From: Mobula hypostoma
Taxonomy: Eukaryota
NCBI RefSeq assembly: GCF_963921235.1
Contig: NC_086119.1
Span: forward strand, 8,308,001-8,372,000
Direction of reading: 5' to 3'
Length of the DNA stretch: 64,000 nucleotides
The position numbers were made by a program, and so were the translations under genes. Shown here one piece after another: positions 1 through 11,594 of the stretch. Numbering within the stretch: the stretch's first letter is position 1; each line of letters starts with the position of its first letter. Under the pieces are notes generated by a model. The model was given only the letters and a program-made list of their open reading frames with translations, did no database searches and had not been told where the DNA came from.

Positions 1-3000
1 AAACATTCAAACTGGCTCCTAACTGAAGCACACCGAGTTACAGTCAAAAACAGTTACCGTATTTTTCCAAAGCAGCTAGGCTGATCAATGCCTCTACCCA
101 CTAAGTCATCCCACCACCATTTTATCAGTTCCTGTCAGTCACCTTATTTACAGACACTCGTGAGCCTAGCGTCACTTTATGGACATACAATCAAAGTATA
201 TAAGCTATCTTATGTATTTATATTTATTGTTTTTTATTATAGTGTTCTTTATCTTATTGTGTTTTTTGTGCTGCATTAGATCCACAGTAACAATTATTTC
301 CTTCTCCTTTACACTTGTGTACTGGAAATAACATAAAGTAATTTTGAAGGTCAAATAAAGGTTTTTTTTTCAAGATGGCAGCCTATCAACGCAGAAATAA
401 AAACAAAAAGAAATGCTTAGCTGGTCTAGCAACTTATGTAGAAAGAGAAAACAACTTTTCAACTCTGAACCTGATTTCTTGTTTTGCTGTTTTGTTTTCC
501 ATTTTCACACAAAACTCCATTCAGCCCACGACATATCAAAGTAAAATCTGTCAAAGTGGTTGGTTGATAAAACTATATCGCAATTGGTTTATATGCTCTT
601 TTAAGAATGTGTATAGTCTGGCATATTGACACTTGCAAGGAAAAATTCAATTATCTCCAGCAGCCTGAACTCTGGGTTTCGGAGCTGGAGAGGCAGCTTG
701 CAGTCACCACAACACGCCTGCAAAACTGATGGCTTTGTCTTGGCATAATTAACAATAAGAGTGTGCCATAATTTATAAGTGTGCAGAGGAAATGGGTATA
801 ACGAGACAGAAAGGCACTGCAGATATTGGAATCTGGAGGAATAATCTGTCTGAAGAACTCAGCAGGATGCACACTTCTGTGGGAGGGAAGGAATTGTTGA
901 TGTTTTGGGTTGAAACCCTGTATCAGGACTGACAGTGGAGAGATGAGTTGCCAGTATAAAGAAGTGAAAGGGATATCAAAAAAGGAATCCAATGTAATTG
1001 GTAAGGTGGAGTTGGAAGACAGTGGTAGGTGAACGATAGGTGGAGACAGACAGAGATGATGAAAAGAGGAAGAAAGGCAGATAGAGCAAGCTGGGGAGTG
1101 TGGAGATAGGAGATGGCTGCAGGAGGGAGATGAGCAGGAATACAAAGCACTACCACTTTCTAGCACGGGAATGAAGCACAATTTCTTCACTCAGAGGGTG
1201 GTGAATCTTATGAATATTTTGCCCTAAAGGATTTTAAGCTCAGTCATTGAATGCATTTGAAACAGAGATCAGCAAAAATCTGGATATTTGAAGAAGCAAT
1301 GGAATCAGCTTTATTTTCACAGTTTAATATAACGTAAAATTTGTTGTTTTGCAGTTGCCACACAATGTAAAGACATAAAACATAATTATTACTATGCAGG
1401 GATTAAACAAAGAGTACTACATAGGGATAAGGCAGAAAAATGGTGCTGTGGTAGATGAGCCAGGATCTTACTGAATTGTGAAGTATACTCCCAGGCTAAA
1501 TGGGCGTATGTTTGAGAAGAAATCTTCCCCTCTTTTCTTAAATTGACAACAAAAACTCATTAGCCTTTATCTTATAGAGAGTGCAAGGCTTCCTGAGAAA
1601 GTCTCCATAAACATACTTCTCTAAAGAGTGCTTTTCTTCCACACAGCATCCCACCCAGCAACATGGGACCTTTTTAGGTGCATGACTCTTTCGCCAATTA
1701 TTGTTAATAAAACATGCAAAAACAATTTTCAGTATACTTCCAATAAATAATACATGTTATAAATCTTATTTATACACACACATTCTATATATATATATAT
1801 CTCAACAGAACAATACAAAGAAATCTGTAAGAATAAAGTGATTGTTCTGGACCAGTCTGAATAAGAAGTATGAGACAGGTTACTCCATTCTGACTCATAA
1901 CTAAGTAAAAGCTTTGTCAAATCTCTTAATAATAGTAGATCACCAACTATACGGATGATATTTTGCTCTTTTTGGTTTGAGAAGAATTACAATGACCTAC
2001 CTATTTGAAAATATACAGACATGAAGTGCAATAAATATTAATAAAATGCATACTTGCACAAATGCTGCATTGCAAGTTATAAAGAATGAATCTACCTATG
2101 AAATTATGATACCAATAACCAGATGAACTAACACATTAAGTAAATTTCATGGGTGTCAATACAGTGGCAAATTGGATTAAAAATTGGTTATGTGGGAGAA
2201 ATTAAAAGGTAATCATTAACATCAATTTTAGTGATTGGAAGATTTTTGCACAGTGGAATTCTGCAAGATCTAGTTTTGGGATAGTTTGTTTATTATGATA
2301 TGGATGTTTTGGACTTAATATAAGTGCTATAATGAACAGGTTTACTGATAATACAAAAATTGTCAGTGTGGTGGACAATGGGAAAGAAAATTCAAAGCTA
2401 CGAGAACAATAAACTTCTTTTATGGGGACAAATTTGAATTCAGTCCAGACGTGAAATAATGGAACATATAACAGTTAAGGCCCTTTGGACCATAATGTTC
2501 TGCTGACCTTTCAGCATATTCAAAGATCATGTTAAAACTTCCCTCCTACATAGCCCGTAACCCTCCATTTTTCTTTCATGCATCTACCTAGCTAAATATC
2601 TCTGAAATGTCCCTAATGTATCAGTCTCTACCACTGCTATGCTCCCAGCTGTGTATTTCTGGCACTTACCACTCTCTGTGTAAAAACCTACTTCTGACAT
2701 CTTCCCTAAACTTTCCTCCACTCATCATCAAATTATGTCTTTTGCTATTAGCCACTGCCATCCTGGGGAAAAGGCGCCGGCGTACCCTTTTATCTATGCC
2801 TCATAATCTTATACACCTCTATCAAATTGCCTCATCCTCCTTTGCTCCAAGGAGAAAAGCCCTAGTTCATTCAACCTTTCCTCATAAGACATGTTCTCTA
2901 ATCTAGGCAGCATTCTAGAAAATCTCCTCTGCACCTTCCACATCCTTCCTATAATGAAGTGACCAGAAATGAACGTAATACAATTACCAGAGTTTTATAA

Positions 3001-3577
3001 AGCTGCAGCATTACCTCAGGGCTCTTGAACTCAACACCCTGACTAATGAAGGCAAAATCACCATACATCTTCGTAAGAATCCTGTCAACTTGAGAGGCAA
3101 CTTCGAGGGATCTATGGACATGGATCTCAAGAGTCCCCTGTTCCTCCACACTGCTAAGAATCTTGACACTACTCTTGTTCTCTGCCTTCAAGTTCATCTT
3201 TCCAAAGTGTTTCACTTCACACCTTTCCAGAATGAATACGATCTGCCACCTCTCAGCCAGTTCTGCATCTGCCTGTGTTCGTTGCATTCTATGACATCTG
3301 TAAAGACGGTGGCATCACCTCAATTCCCTCCCTCACCAGTAACAAGGGGGGCAGCTGAGGAATTAGAGGCTTATTTTAAGAAATGAATTACTTATTATCA
3401 GCATTTGATCCCCAGTGCCTCATAATTGATTACAATGATCGCATAATCACCTCATCCCTTGCTAACCCACTGTTCTTAGACTTTGCTTGAAGCATGCTAT
3501 AGTTGTTGAAAAGCAATGTGACACTTCTGTATCTGGCATATCATGAGAAATCTGGACTGAAGAAATCGAAATGCATG

Positions 3578-3728
3578 GTTCATACAACATTTTATTATTC
3601 ATTGCTAAACCTGGAAAGCCCCATACAATTGGAGAAGAACTGATTCTGCCAGCAGCTTGGGAGGTTCTGACCACCAGAGCAAATAATTAAAGTGATTTTG
3701 CTCAGCAACTACTCTGTTAGAAGATTAA
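3578..3728 (+). mobile_element. hAT (Charlie/Buster-like) transposase fragment
   Basis: SYNILLFIAKPGKPHTIGEELILPAA.EVL matches the characteristic IAKxGKPHTIGEELILPA motif. Confidence 0.75.
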
Positions 3729-4454
3729 TCTAGTTTTTATTTTAGATTATTAGTATGTTGTGTTCGCTCACCTCGCCATAACACAGTATATGCAGTTTTT
3801 TTTTAATCCCTTTACCTATTTCTCTATATTATATTAAGAGTATTTTCCCATAACCAATTAACCTGTAGAACAGCACTCTGGGATGTAAACTGGAGAAGTG
3901 GGGAAAACCCATTGCAGTCACAAGAAGAATATGCTAACACAACACAGACAGTACTGAAACTGTGACACTGCTTTGTGACACTGAACAGCCTTCTCTCTAT
4001 AAATACTCCCTAAACTGCTAGGGATCCGCATTTTTCATTTTACTTCAGATTTCTAGCATCTGCACTTTTTGCTTTTAAATTACAAAATTAATTCACTTTT
4101 AATTAACATTTATACTAGTGATAAACAGTAGTCTGTAAATTTCTTTCTGAAAAAACAGTATCAGATTTTGTGCTTGGAAAAAAACTTAAATATCATGTTC
4201 TGAGGATTGAAACAGAAATAATTTCCTCATCTTTTCAGTGGAAAAATGTCAGGAACACAGATCTGTTTCTATGGTATACTATTTTGAATATATAATGTTA
4301 ATCAAGTATAGATAATAAAGAATAATTAGATATGAGGGTACATAGCTATTTACAGAAACGCTTTCTAAGGCCAGGTCTAAATTGAATAAATGCATACAGC
4401 AAATCCAAAGCCAAACCTAACCTAATACAAAATCCTCAAATGCAAGATTCCCAC

Positions 4455-4590
4455 CTTTCAGTAGAACTTTTTTCACCTTGGTGTGGCTACCCTCTCTCAC
4501 AAACTGATGTAACTGTGACCCTGAGGCATCAGCCTTCACTGTTCCAAGTTGCACAGGGCAGGGCAGTGGAAGTGGCACCAGGTGTGACAT
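4455..4590 (-). CDS. TEX14: TEX14 first coding exon (N-terminus before the ankyrin repeats); gene continues beyond the left edge
   Basis: Minus strand reads [45 protein letters not shown](G), matching recalled human [46 protein letters not shown]. Acceptor ttttag|G-ATG at 4592/4591, donor G|gtggga at 4455/4454, 136 coding nt. Head-to-head with RAD51C as in mammals. Confidence 0.93.
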
Positions 4591-4949
4591 CCTAAAACAA
4601 GGAAAATACAGGTTAAGATTTCAGTGTAAAATCATTGTCTGATATCTGCAAATACAAATAATTTCATGTTATTCTGCTGAACATTGTGGGTATGCTATGT
4701 TGTCACTGGAATGTGTAGCCACATTTGTGAGCTGCCCCAGCATAATTTCATTGTACGCATGATTAATAAATAAATCTAATAAAGACAACATTGCAAAGCA
4801 CATCTTGCAAATCTGAAATCAGAACAAAATGCTGGATATATATGGCAAATAAGGAAGTTTTGTGGAGGGGAAATATGAATGTTTTAGGTCAATAACTTAT
4901 CAGAACTGAAAAAAAAGATATAATGCATTTTAAGAAGCACGTAAGGGCA

Positions 4950-5630
4950 ATTACAAAGAAAGCACACCTGCACCTCTACTGCCTTAGAAGATTGCGAAGG
5001 GTCAGCATGATATTTAAAACTTTGACAAACTCCTATATTGTGTGGTGGAGAGTATATTGACTGGCTGCATCACAGCCTGGTATAGAAACACCAATGCCCT
5101 TGAACAGAAAATCCTACAAAAAATAGTGGATACAGCCCAGTCCATCATGGGTAAAGCCTTCCCCACCATTGAGCACATTTACACGGAACGTTGTCGCAGG
5201 AAAGCAGAATCCATCATTAAGATACCCCCACCATCCAGGTCATGCTCCCTTCTCGCTTCTACCATCAGGAAGGTGGTACAGGAGTCTCAGGACTCACACC
5301 ACCATGTTCTGGAACAATTTTTACCCCTCAATCATCAGGCTCTTGAACTAGAAGGAATAAGTTCACTTGTCCCATCACTGAACTGTTCCCACAACCACAG
5401 ACTCACTTTCAAGGACTTTTCATCTCATTTTTTTAATATTTATTGCTTATTTATTTATTATCATTTCTTTTTGTATTTCTGCAGTTTGTCTTTTGCACAC
5501 TGGTGTCCGCGCTGTTGGGTGTGGTCTTTCATTGATCCTATTATAGTTATTGGATTTATTGAGCACGTCCACAAGAAAATGAATCTTGGGTTTGTATATG
5601 GTGACATATATGTTCTTTAATAATAAATTT
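4950..5630 (+). mobile_element. Rex1/Babar-like LINE 3' fragment
   Basis: VESILTGCITAWY.N...HPGH.PFSLLPSGRWYRSL...NNFYPSIIRLLN, then 3' UTR with AATAAA. Confidence 0.75.
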
Positions 5631-6379
5631 ATTTTTATTATTTAAAACAAAAACAAGTGGAAAGTGGAAGCTAAAAGGCAGATAGATTCACTAATGAAAA
5701 GGATGATGGTATGAAAGGGAATCGTTATTTTCTGGTTTGTTCAGAGAACACCAGTGCTTTGATTATATTTTAACTGCTTGGCTATTATCTTGTCTGATTA
5801 ACTATTTCTTCAGAACCACAGACAGGATGATGCCAGGTCCCACATTTATTCATATCACATGAAGTGATTTACACTGGGTGAAGACCTTCTGTGATTGTGG
5901 GAGCATTAGAAGCCAATATGAATCATCCATTTGGCATTTTTTTAAACTTCTTTTTACCCCAATGCAAAGGTGACTATATACAGTAGCATATATGGTATAT
6001 TAAGTCAAAAGTAAAGGAGGGAGGATGGGTTTAGAAATAGGGTCATCATTAAATATACAAAATACAGCAGATTTAGGGATCTTAAAACAGAAAATGCTAA
6101 GGAATAAACATGAGAATTAGGATGAGGAGCATCGAGCCATCCTGTCCTTCAAACTTTCTCCAACATTCATCAAGAAATGGCTGAACTCCCACTTCAGCAT
6201 TATTTGCTTGTGCTTTCTCAATATTCCTTTAGTTCCCTTAACATCCTGAAATTCATCCATTACTGTCTGAATGAACTCAGTGACTGACCCTTTGAAGTCC
6301 TTCAGCGTAGACACATTGGCTGATTTATTCCTGAGGATTGGATAACCTTGGTTCTTGAACTGTGTCATTGTCAGCTGAA

Positions 6380-6925
6380 TAGCTTCCCTTGAGTTCTAAA
6401 GATCAGCTTCAGTCCTGCGGTAACTTTGCTGGGAGTGAGATGCAATACTGTGGCAAGATTGAGAAAAGTATTGGGGCAATGACATTGCCTTTGCTGACAC
6501 CACTCCTAATCGAGAATGGCTCTTCTCTAGATATATTAGTAACTATTCTTGGCTTGCATCCCCTTATGAAGCAAACACAAGATGGAGATGAACTTCTTGA
6601 AAGTACAATTTGAGTTTGTTTTTATGTCTGTAACTAAGCTTCAAGAAAGGAGTTAAGTTCAACCACAGTAACTAAAGGTATCTCTATTATTTGACACAGG
6701 AAAGATAGTGCCAGGGTCAACTACCTTCTTCCTCTGGCAAGACTGCTGCTGCTGGATTCACAGTTTAAATTACACCTACCTGGAGGCACTATGGACATGA
6801 TCTTCAATGCACAACTCTAAGAAAAATACAAGAACCACACCAGCCACCATACACTTTTCCAACCTCACCTCAACCTTTGACACCATCATTCAAGAGGGAC
6901 TGCACAAAATTCTTATCACATTCCA
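6380..6925. mobile_element. RTE-clade LINE RT fragments in inverted arrangement
   Basis: 6638-6925(+) resembles FKKG..NY.GISLL..GK..AR...GTMDMIF...FDT...EGL.KIL; 6380-6606(-) resembles KKFISIL.LLH.GMQA...EPF.IRSGV..G.VIAP.LFSI. Confidence 0.65.
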
Positions 6926-9524
6926 GCAAACCACAGTATATCATTTTATGTAAGAACAAAACTACACAATTCTTCAGGATTTGCCTCACGGCACTCTTAA
7001 ATATTTACAGAAATCAGCTTTACACCTATACTGTAATCCTCTGCGATACAAGCTTGACAGTGCCTGAAGGGAAAGAGACAGTTTTAAGAACCTGAGATTC
7101 TAACAAATGTTTAGTGGTAAGGAAGCAATAAATTGTTGTGCTTCCCCAAAGATCCTTTGTAGTAGCTGCACCCACTTTGGTGCCTCCTTTAGCACACGAA
7201 TCTGGTCCTTAGAGTCTGCTAGCTTGAAGCATTTGGTTGTGGAGAAATCCTTGTTCTGGAAGCATCCTAGAGGGTGCCTTTCAGTACACTCATAGATTTC
7301 CAATTGCTGCAGTTTTTTTTAACTGTATACTTCTGTCTCTGTCAACACTCTATATAACCTTGAAACCCATGTTATACAGCTATTCAGAACTCTCAGGGAT
7401 CATTCTGGAGTTATGGAATTATGGATAGTATGATCATGTATTTATTGAGTGTGGGACATTCTGATTCTGTCCCATTGAAGCTACATAGGGAAGACAATAG
7501 ATTTATATGCCTGCTATACCACATTGTTAAAAGTGTATCCCTGCTGCTTAATGCACAGTTCAGGACTGAATTTATTTTGTTTAACCTTCAGGTTAGTTAT
7601 ATATTCACGGAGTCATCCTTTAACAATACAAGGAGTATATTTTTGAGTGTCTGGAATTTGTACTCAAGAGGCTTTTGGAACAGACACCAGTATTGAATAG
7701 TCAAAGGGGTTCTGCAAGTTGTGGTGTGCTAGCATGTAAAGATGTAATTCAGTAAATTTACGTGCCTATATTCAAAATGTTTAAAGTAGATGATTATAAC
7801 AATTGAAACTGTATTTCATCATTTGTTAACTTTATTTTTAAGTGTCAGAGGACCGAGATTCTCTTGTCTGTGTGTGAATAGAAACTTTAGTATTTCCTAG
7901 TTACAGCTTTCATGTGGCTCAATTTTCATTGGTCACAAGAACAAACCTTGACAAATACCCTTGTACCTCTTTCACAACTTACTGGCAAAAGCCTCATCCT
8001 ACAGGAAGGTGGTCAGTCCTCCCAATTTAAAGCCCATTTGGTCCATCTTCAAACTCCAGGTGATTGTTATGGTGTAGCTGCAGGGTATGTCACGCCTGTG
8101 TCAAGTACAACACCAAGTGCACCTCACATCTGATAATTAAGTTCATTCCTGTAATCAGTGAGCAGTTGAGCCAAAATACCAGACATCTTTCTTTTATCCA
8201 CCCAGTTGTGCAGTACCATCTTCCACCAATAGAAGTCCACAGCAAGAGTCTGAAAATCGCGGACCACTTCCATACCTCAAAAGTCATCTCAGTGTGTGTC
8301 AACATAAATGATGTTCATCATCGTCTTCAGTGCTCCAGCACAGACCTTGGTTGATTGAAAACAAAAGAGCATTTGAAGTCCAAGTCAAACACAGAACGAA
8401 TATCAAGGTTTACCCGGTAGCAGTGACCACTGCCCTCCTGTATACTGTTGACACTTGAAATATTTAAAATAGGCAGTGCAGAGATACCATATTGTTATCT
8501 CCACAGAATCCTTGAAATACATTAACAGAATAAGGAAACCAGCATCAGTGCTCTCTTCCAGGTCAGTACTCCAGCACTGTGACAATTAAACTCAGTTAAC
8601 ACCATTGGGCAGGTCACGTCATTTGCATGCCCAACAGCACACTTCAGAAACTCACTCTTAGTTCCATTACAGGAAGAGATTACCAGGAAAAGATAGGAAA
8701 AAAATTAAGAATGTTCGTAAAACCTGCCTGAGAAATGCAGACCCTATTGATATCTGGTGAATCTCTGAGCCATGACGGGCAAAGCAGCAGCTTTTGGGTG
8801 GAACTGAGAACCTCAAGCCTATGTGTTCATAGAACACAAAATCCAGCAAATGTTGCAGAAGGAGCACTCCATCTCACTAACCACTGTCTACCCATCTGAA
8901 CAGGCACCACCTACCCTGTCCATCAGACTGAAGGTCCCATGTTAGCCTTAACTTTGAACCCATCAAACTGAGAGTAATTCACCATCATCATGGGACTGTC
9001 AAACAAGAGTAATTCCTTCTGACCCAGCAAAGGGCAAACGGAGAAGGGACAATGAGAAACCCAAGGATTCATGCGTCCATGGAGGCATTAATTGCTGTTC
9101 AACCCAACCACAATCTGAACAAAGTTAAGAATGTTATCATATCCCACTATTGCACTGGAGACATTAAACAAGCCATGGTTTACTGCTGCCTACAATCCCC
9201 AGTGCAGCCGTAAAATAGCACAAGGGCAAAGCTAATTGCCACTCATACCCTACAAAGTGCAAAAGTGAAGCTTTTTTTGCCTCTTTGCCCCAAGAAAAGC
9301 ATAGCTCAAGATGCATTGTCTCTGATCCTGGAATGATTAATAGAAATGGTTATGGAATGGGAAAACATATCAGTTATTGCCCTCAAGTCTGCAAAGAACA
9401 AAGAGCTGGAAGTTCTTAGGTGTGTGTCCCTGTATAGGACAAACAGCTTCAAATTTATTGACCATCTTCCCTCCCGGAGCTCTATCCTAACCCAGGTAAG
9501 GATAAACACCAGAGGTTTATTGTC

Positions 9525-9850
9525 CCACCACCCTTGTAAAGGCCAAACTGCACGTTAATACAATTCAGCTCTGAAAGAGCAATCAACCTGCATGGGACCC
9601 ATACACAAACAAAAACTCTACTTCCATCGAGCGAGTCCAAAGATAGGCAGCCCGATTTGTCACAAATACCTATGAGAGAGAGGCAAGTGTTACATACAGC
9701 AATTCATTCCCCCCCCACCGCACAATTAAAGCATAGAATAATCTTAATCCTAACACAGTTACACAACTAAACCCAATTAAATTTAAGGCAGCTTTTCTTC
9801 TTCAAAAATCTCCTTCTTAAGCCTACTCTCCACTACCTCCAGTTTAAATT
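9525..9850 (+). mobile_element. CR1/L2-group LINE 3' fragment of a different, older family
   Basis: AWDPYTNKNSTSIERVQR*AARFVTNTYEREASVT...NSF..RTIKA*NNL. Confidence 0.65.
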
Positions 9851-10519
9851 CCATGCAGAATATTTTGGAGGATCAAGAACCAAGAACCTTAATTTGCACC
9901 CCATCCCTAGTCCTGGAAAAAGAAAACCCAAGAGTTATTGCTGCCTACCCCAACCTGGCCAAATAAAAGACACAGAGCTATGAAGGAACTTTAAAACTCT
10001 TGGAAGTTGGTAAAGGCTAAAAGGCTCTGGTTTATCATTGCCCACAACCTCACACTAGCCTGAAAACAGTAACATTTTAAACTTATTACAACTTCAAAAC
10101 CTGGAAAGAATAGGGAAAACTATTTATTACTGATCCAGCTATGGTTCATTGCTTCCAAACTCCCTGAAAGAACAAAAGATAAATCTGCCGATCACTGACC
10201 TCCTACCCTAGCAAGAGCAGATAATCAGAGTTTTAGTCTCCATACACGGACCTGCACGAGGCAAGTGCATAAAGTTAATTGTCATCTCGGGTCCTGGAAA
10301 AAAAAGTGTGAAGTTTATTGCTACTTTAATGCTACCACCGTGGGCTTGAGCACCATTTTTCCCACCTCCTCATCCATTCAAACCGTGGCTTCGACACTGT
10401 GAAGTCTAGGCGCATGAAATTACAGGCTGTTGTTATTAATGTTCACCTTGATCGTGTTTTTTTTTACCTTTCCCCACACTTTACTGTGGGTATCCTGCTT
10501 TATTACCTAAAAAGTTTTC

Positions 10520-10720
10520 CTACCGGTGCCCAGCCACCGGGGGCACGAGGGGAGACTCCAGCACATGCGCCAACCGCCGCTGCACGAGAGGCGGTGGGAA
10601 GCCACGTGACCCACGAGCGCGCGCCGGCGGCACGTGGGGACCGAGGCCACGTGACCTACAGGTCCCGGCGCAAGTGCCAACCGTCGCGGCTTGCCCGAGG
10701 TGCCAAAGGACCTGCCGGGA
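10520..10720 (-). promoter_or_regulatory. TEX14: CpG island; probable TEX14 promoter and non-coding exon 1 (donor CG|gtagga at 10524/10523)
   Basis: Abrupt CpG-rich patch with three CACGTG E-boxes (10603, 10631, 10648) and a minus-strand donor. The coding exon has an acceptor 1 nt before its ATG, so an upstream non-coding exon is required. Confidence 0.55.
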
Positions 10721-10917
10721 TTATCCTGAGGTGGATAGTGCAAACTCCAAGAATTGAACGGAATTAAAGAATAATCTGGTGTATCGGTATCCTTTATCAC
10801 AGGGGTGGGGCTTGGTCACTACTGCTGCAGGCGTTTCCATTCCTGTTAACTCATTATAGTACTCCTTTATAGTTTGAGCTGTCAAACAAAATACTGGAGG
10901 AACCCAGCAGGACTGGC

Positions 10918-10950
10918 CTGATGAAGGGTCTCGGCCCGAAACGTCGACTG
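10918..10950 (+). ncRNA. Minimal type I hammerhead ribozyme core in a Penelope-like repeat
   Basis: CTGATGA-A-GGGT(CTCG)GCCC-GAA-AC-GT-C-GACTG: catalytic core, stem II, palindromic ACGT stem III and GUC site intact. The stem I 5' strand is altered in this copy (CAGTC in other copies). Confidence 0.65.
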
Positions 10951-11594
10951 TTTACGCTTTTCCATAGATGCTGCCTGACCTGCTGAGTTCCTCCAGCATT
11001 TTGTGTGTGTTGCTTTGGAATTCCAGCATCTCCAGATTTTCTCGTGTTGCAACTGACAGAATCTCGGTGTATAAATAAGGGACAAAAGTATCCAATGTTA
11101 TTATACCCTTAATAGTAAGGGAATTGAGGATTATGGAGTAAAGGCCAGATCAGCCATGGTCTTGTTGAATGGAGCAGCAGGGTCATCAAGCCAAATGGCC
11201 TACTGCCCCTGTTTCTAATGTCATTCCTATCATTTTGATATGGCATTGGCTGCATAAAACTTTGAGTAGACTTTTATGTTTAAAGAAGATCCCTGTATGT
11301 GCTGACCAATAGCCATCTTCCTATGAATACCATTAAAGTTGATAATACAGCATAACTCTACTTCTGCTTGTTTGAAGATTACCTACAGTGCATCAGTTGT
11401 ACTTCAAGTTGCTTGCACAGCATTTTGTTATGTTCTGCAATAAGAATGATCATTCAATCAAATGTCACCTGTTAAGCTGTCTTTTCCTAAAGTACTATAG
11501 GATGGCTCTGTCCACCTTGCCTCATAATGTTCCTTTTAGTTGGATAGTTCTGCATCACTTCATCTAGTAGAACACCTTTGATTGCAAATCAGTT

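Noticed and set aside
1838-1864. + strand VIVLDQSE* resembles the human TEX14 C-terminus IIVLDQSD
   Set aside because: Wrong strand and wrong position relative to the TEX14 5' exon; most likely chance.
7027-7064. Possible small TEX14 5' UTR exon (strong minus-strand acceptor ctctttcccttcag)
   Set aside because: The donor (gtgtaa) is weak and there is no transcript evidence.
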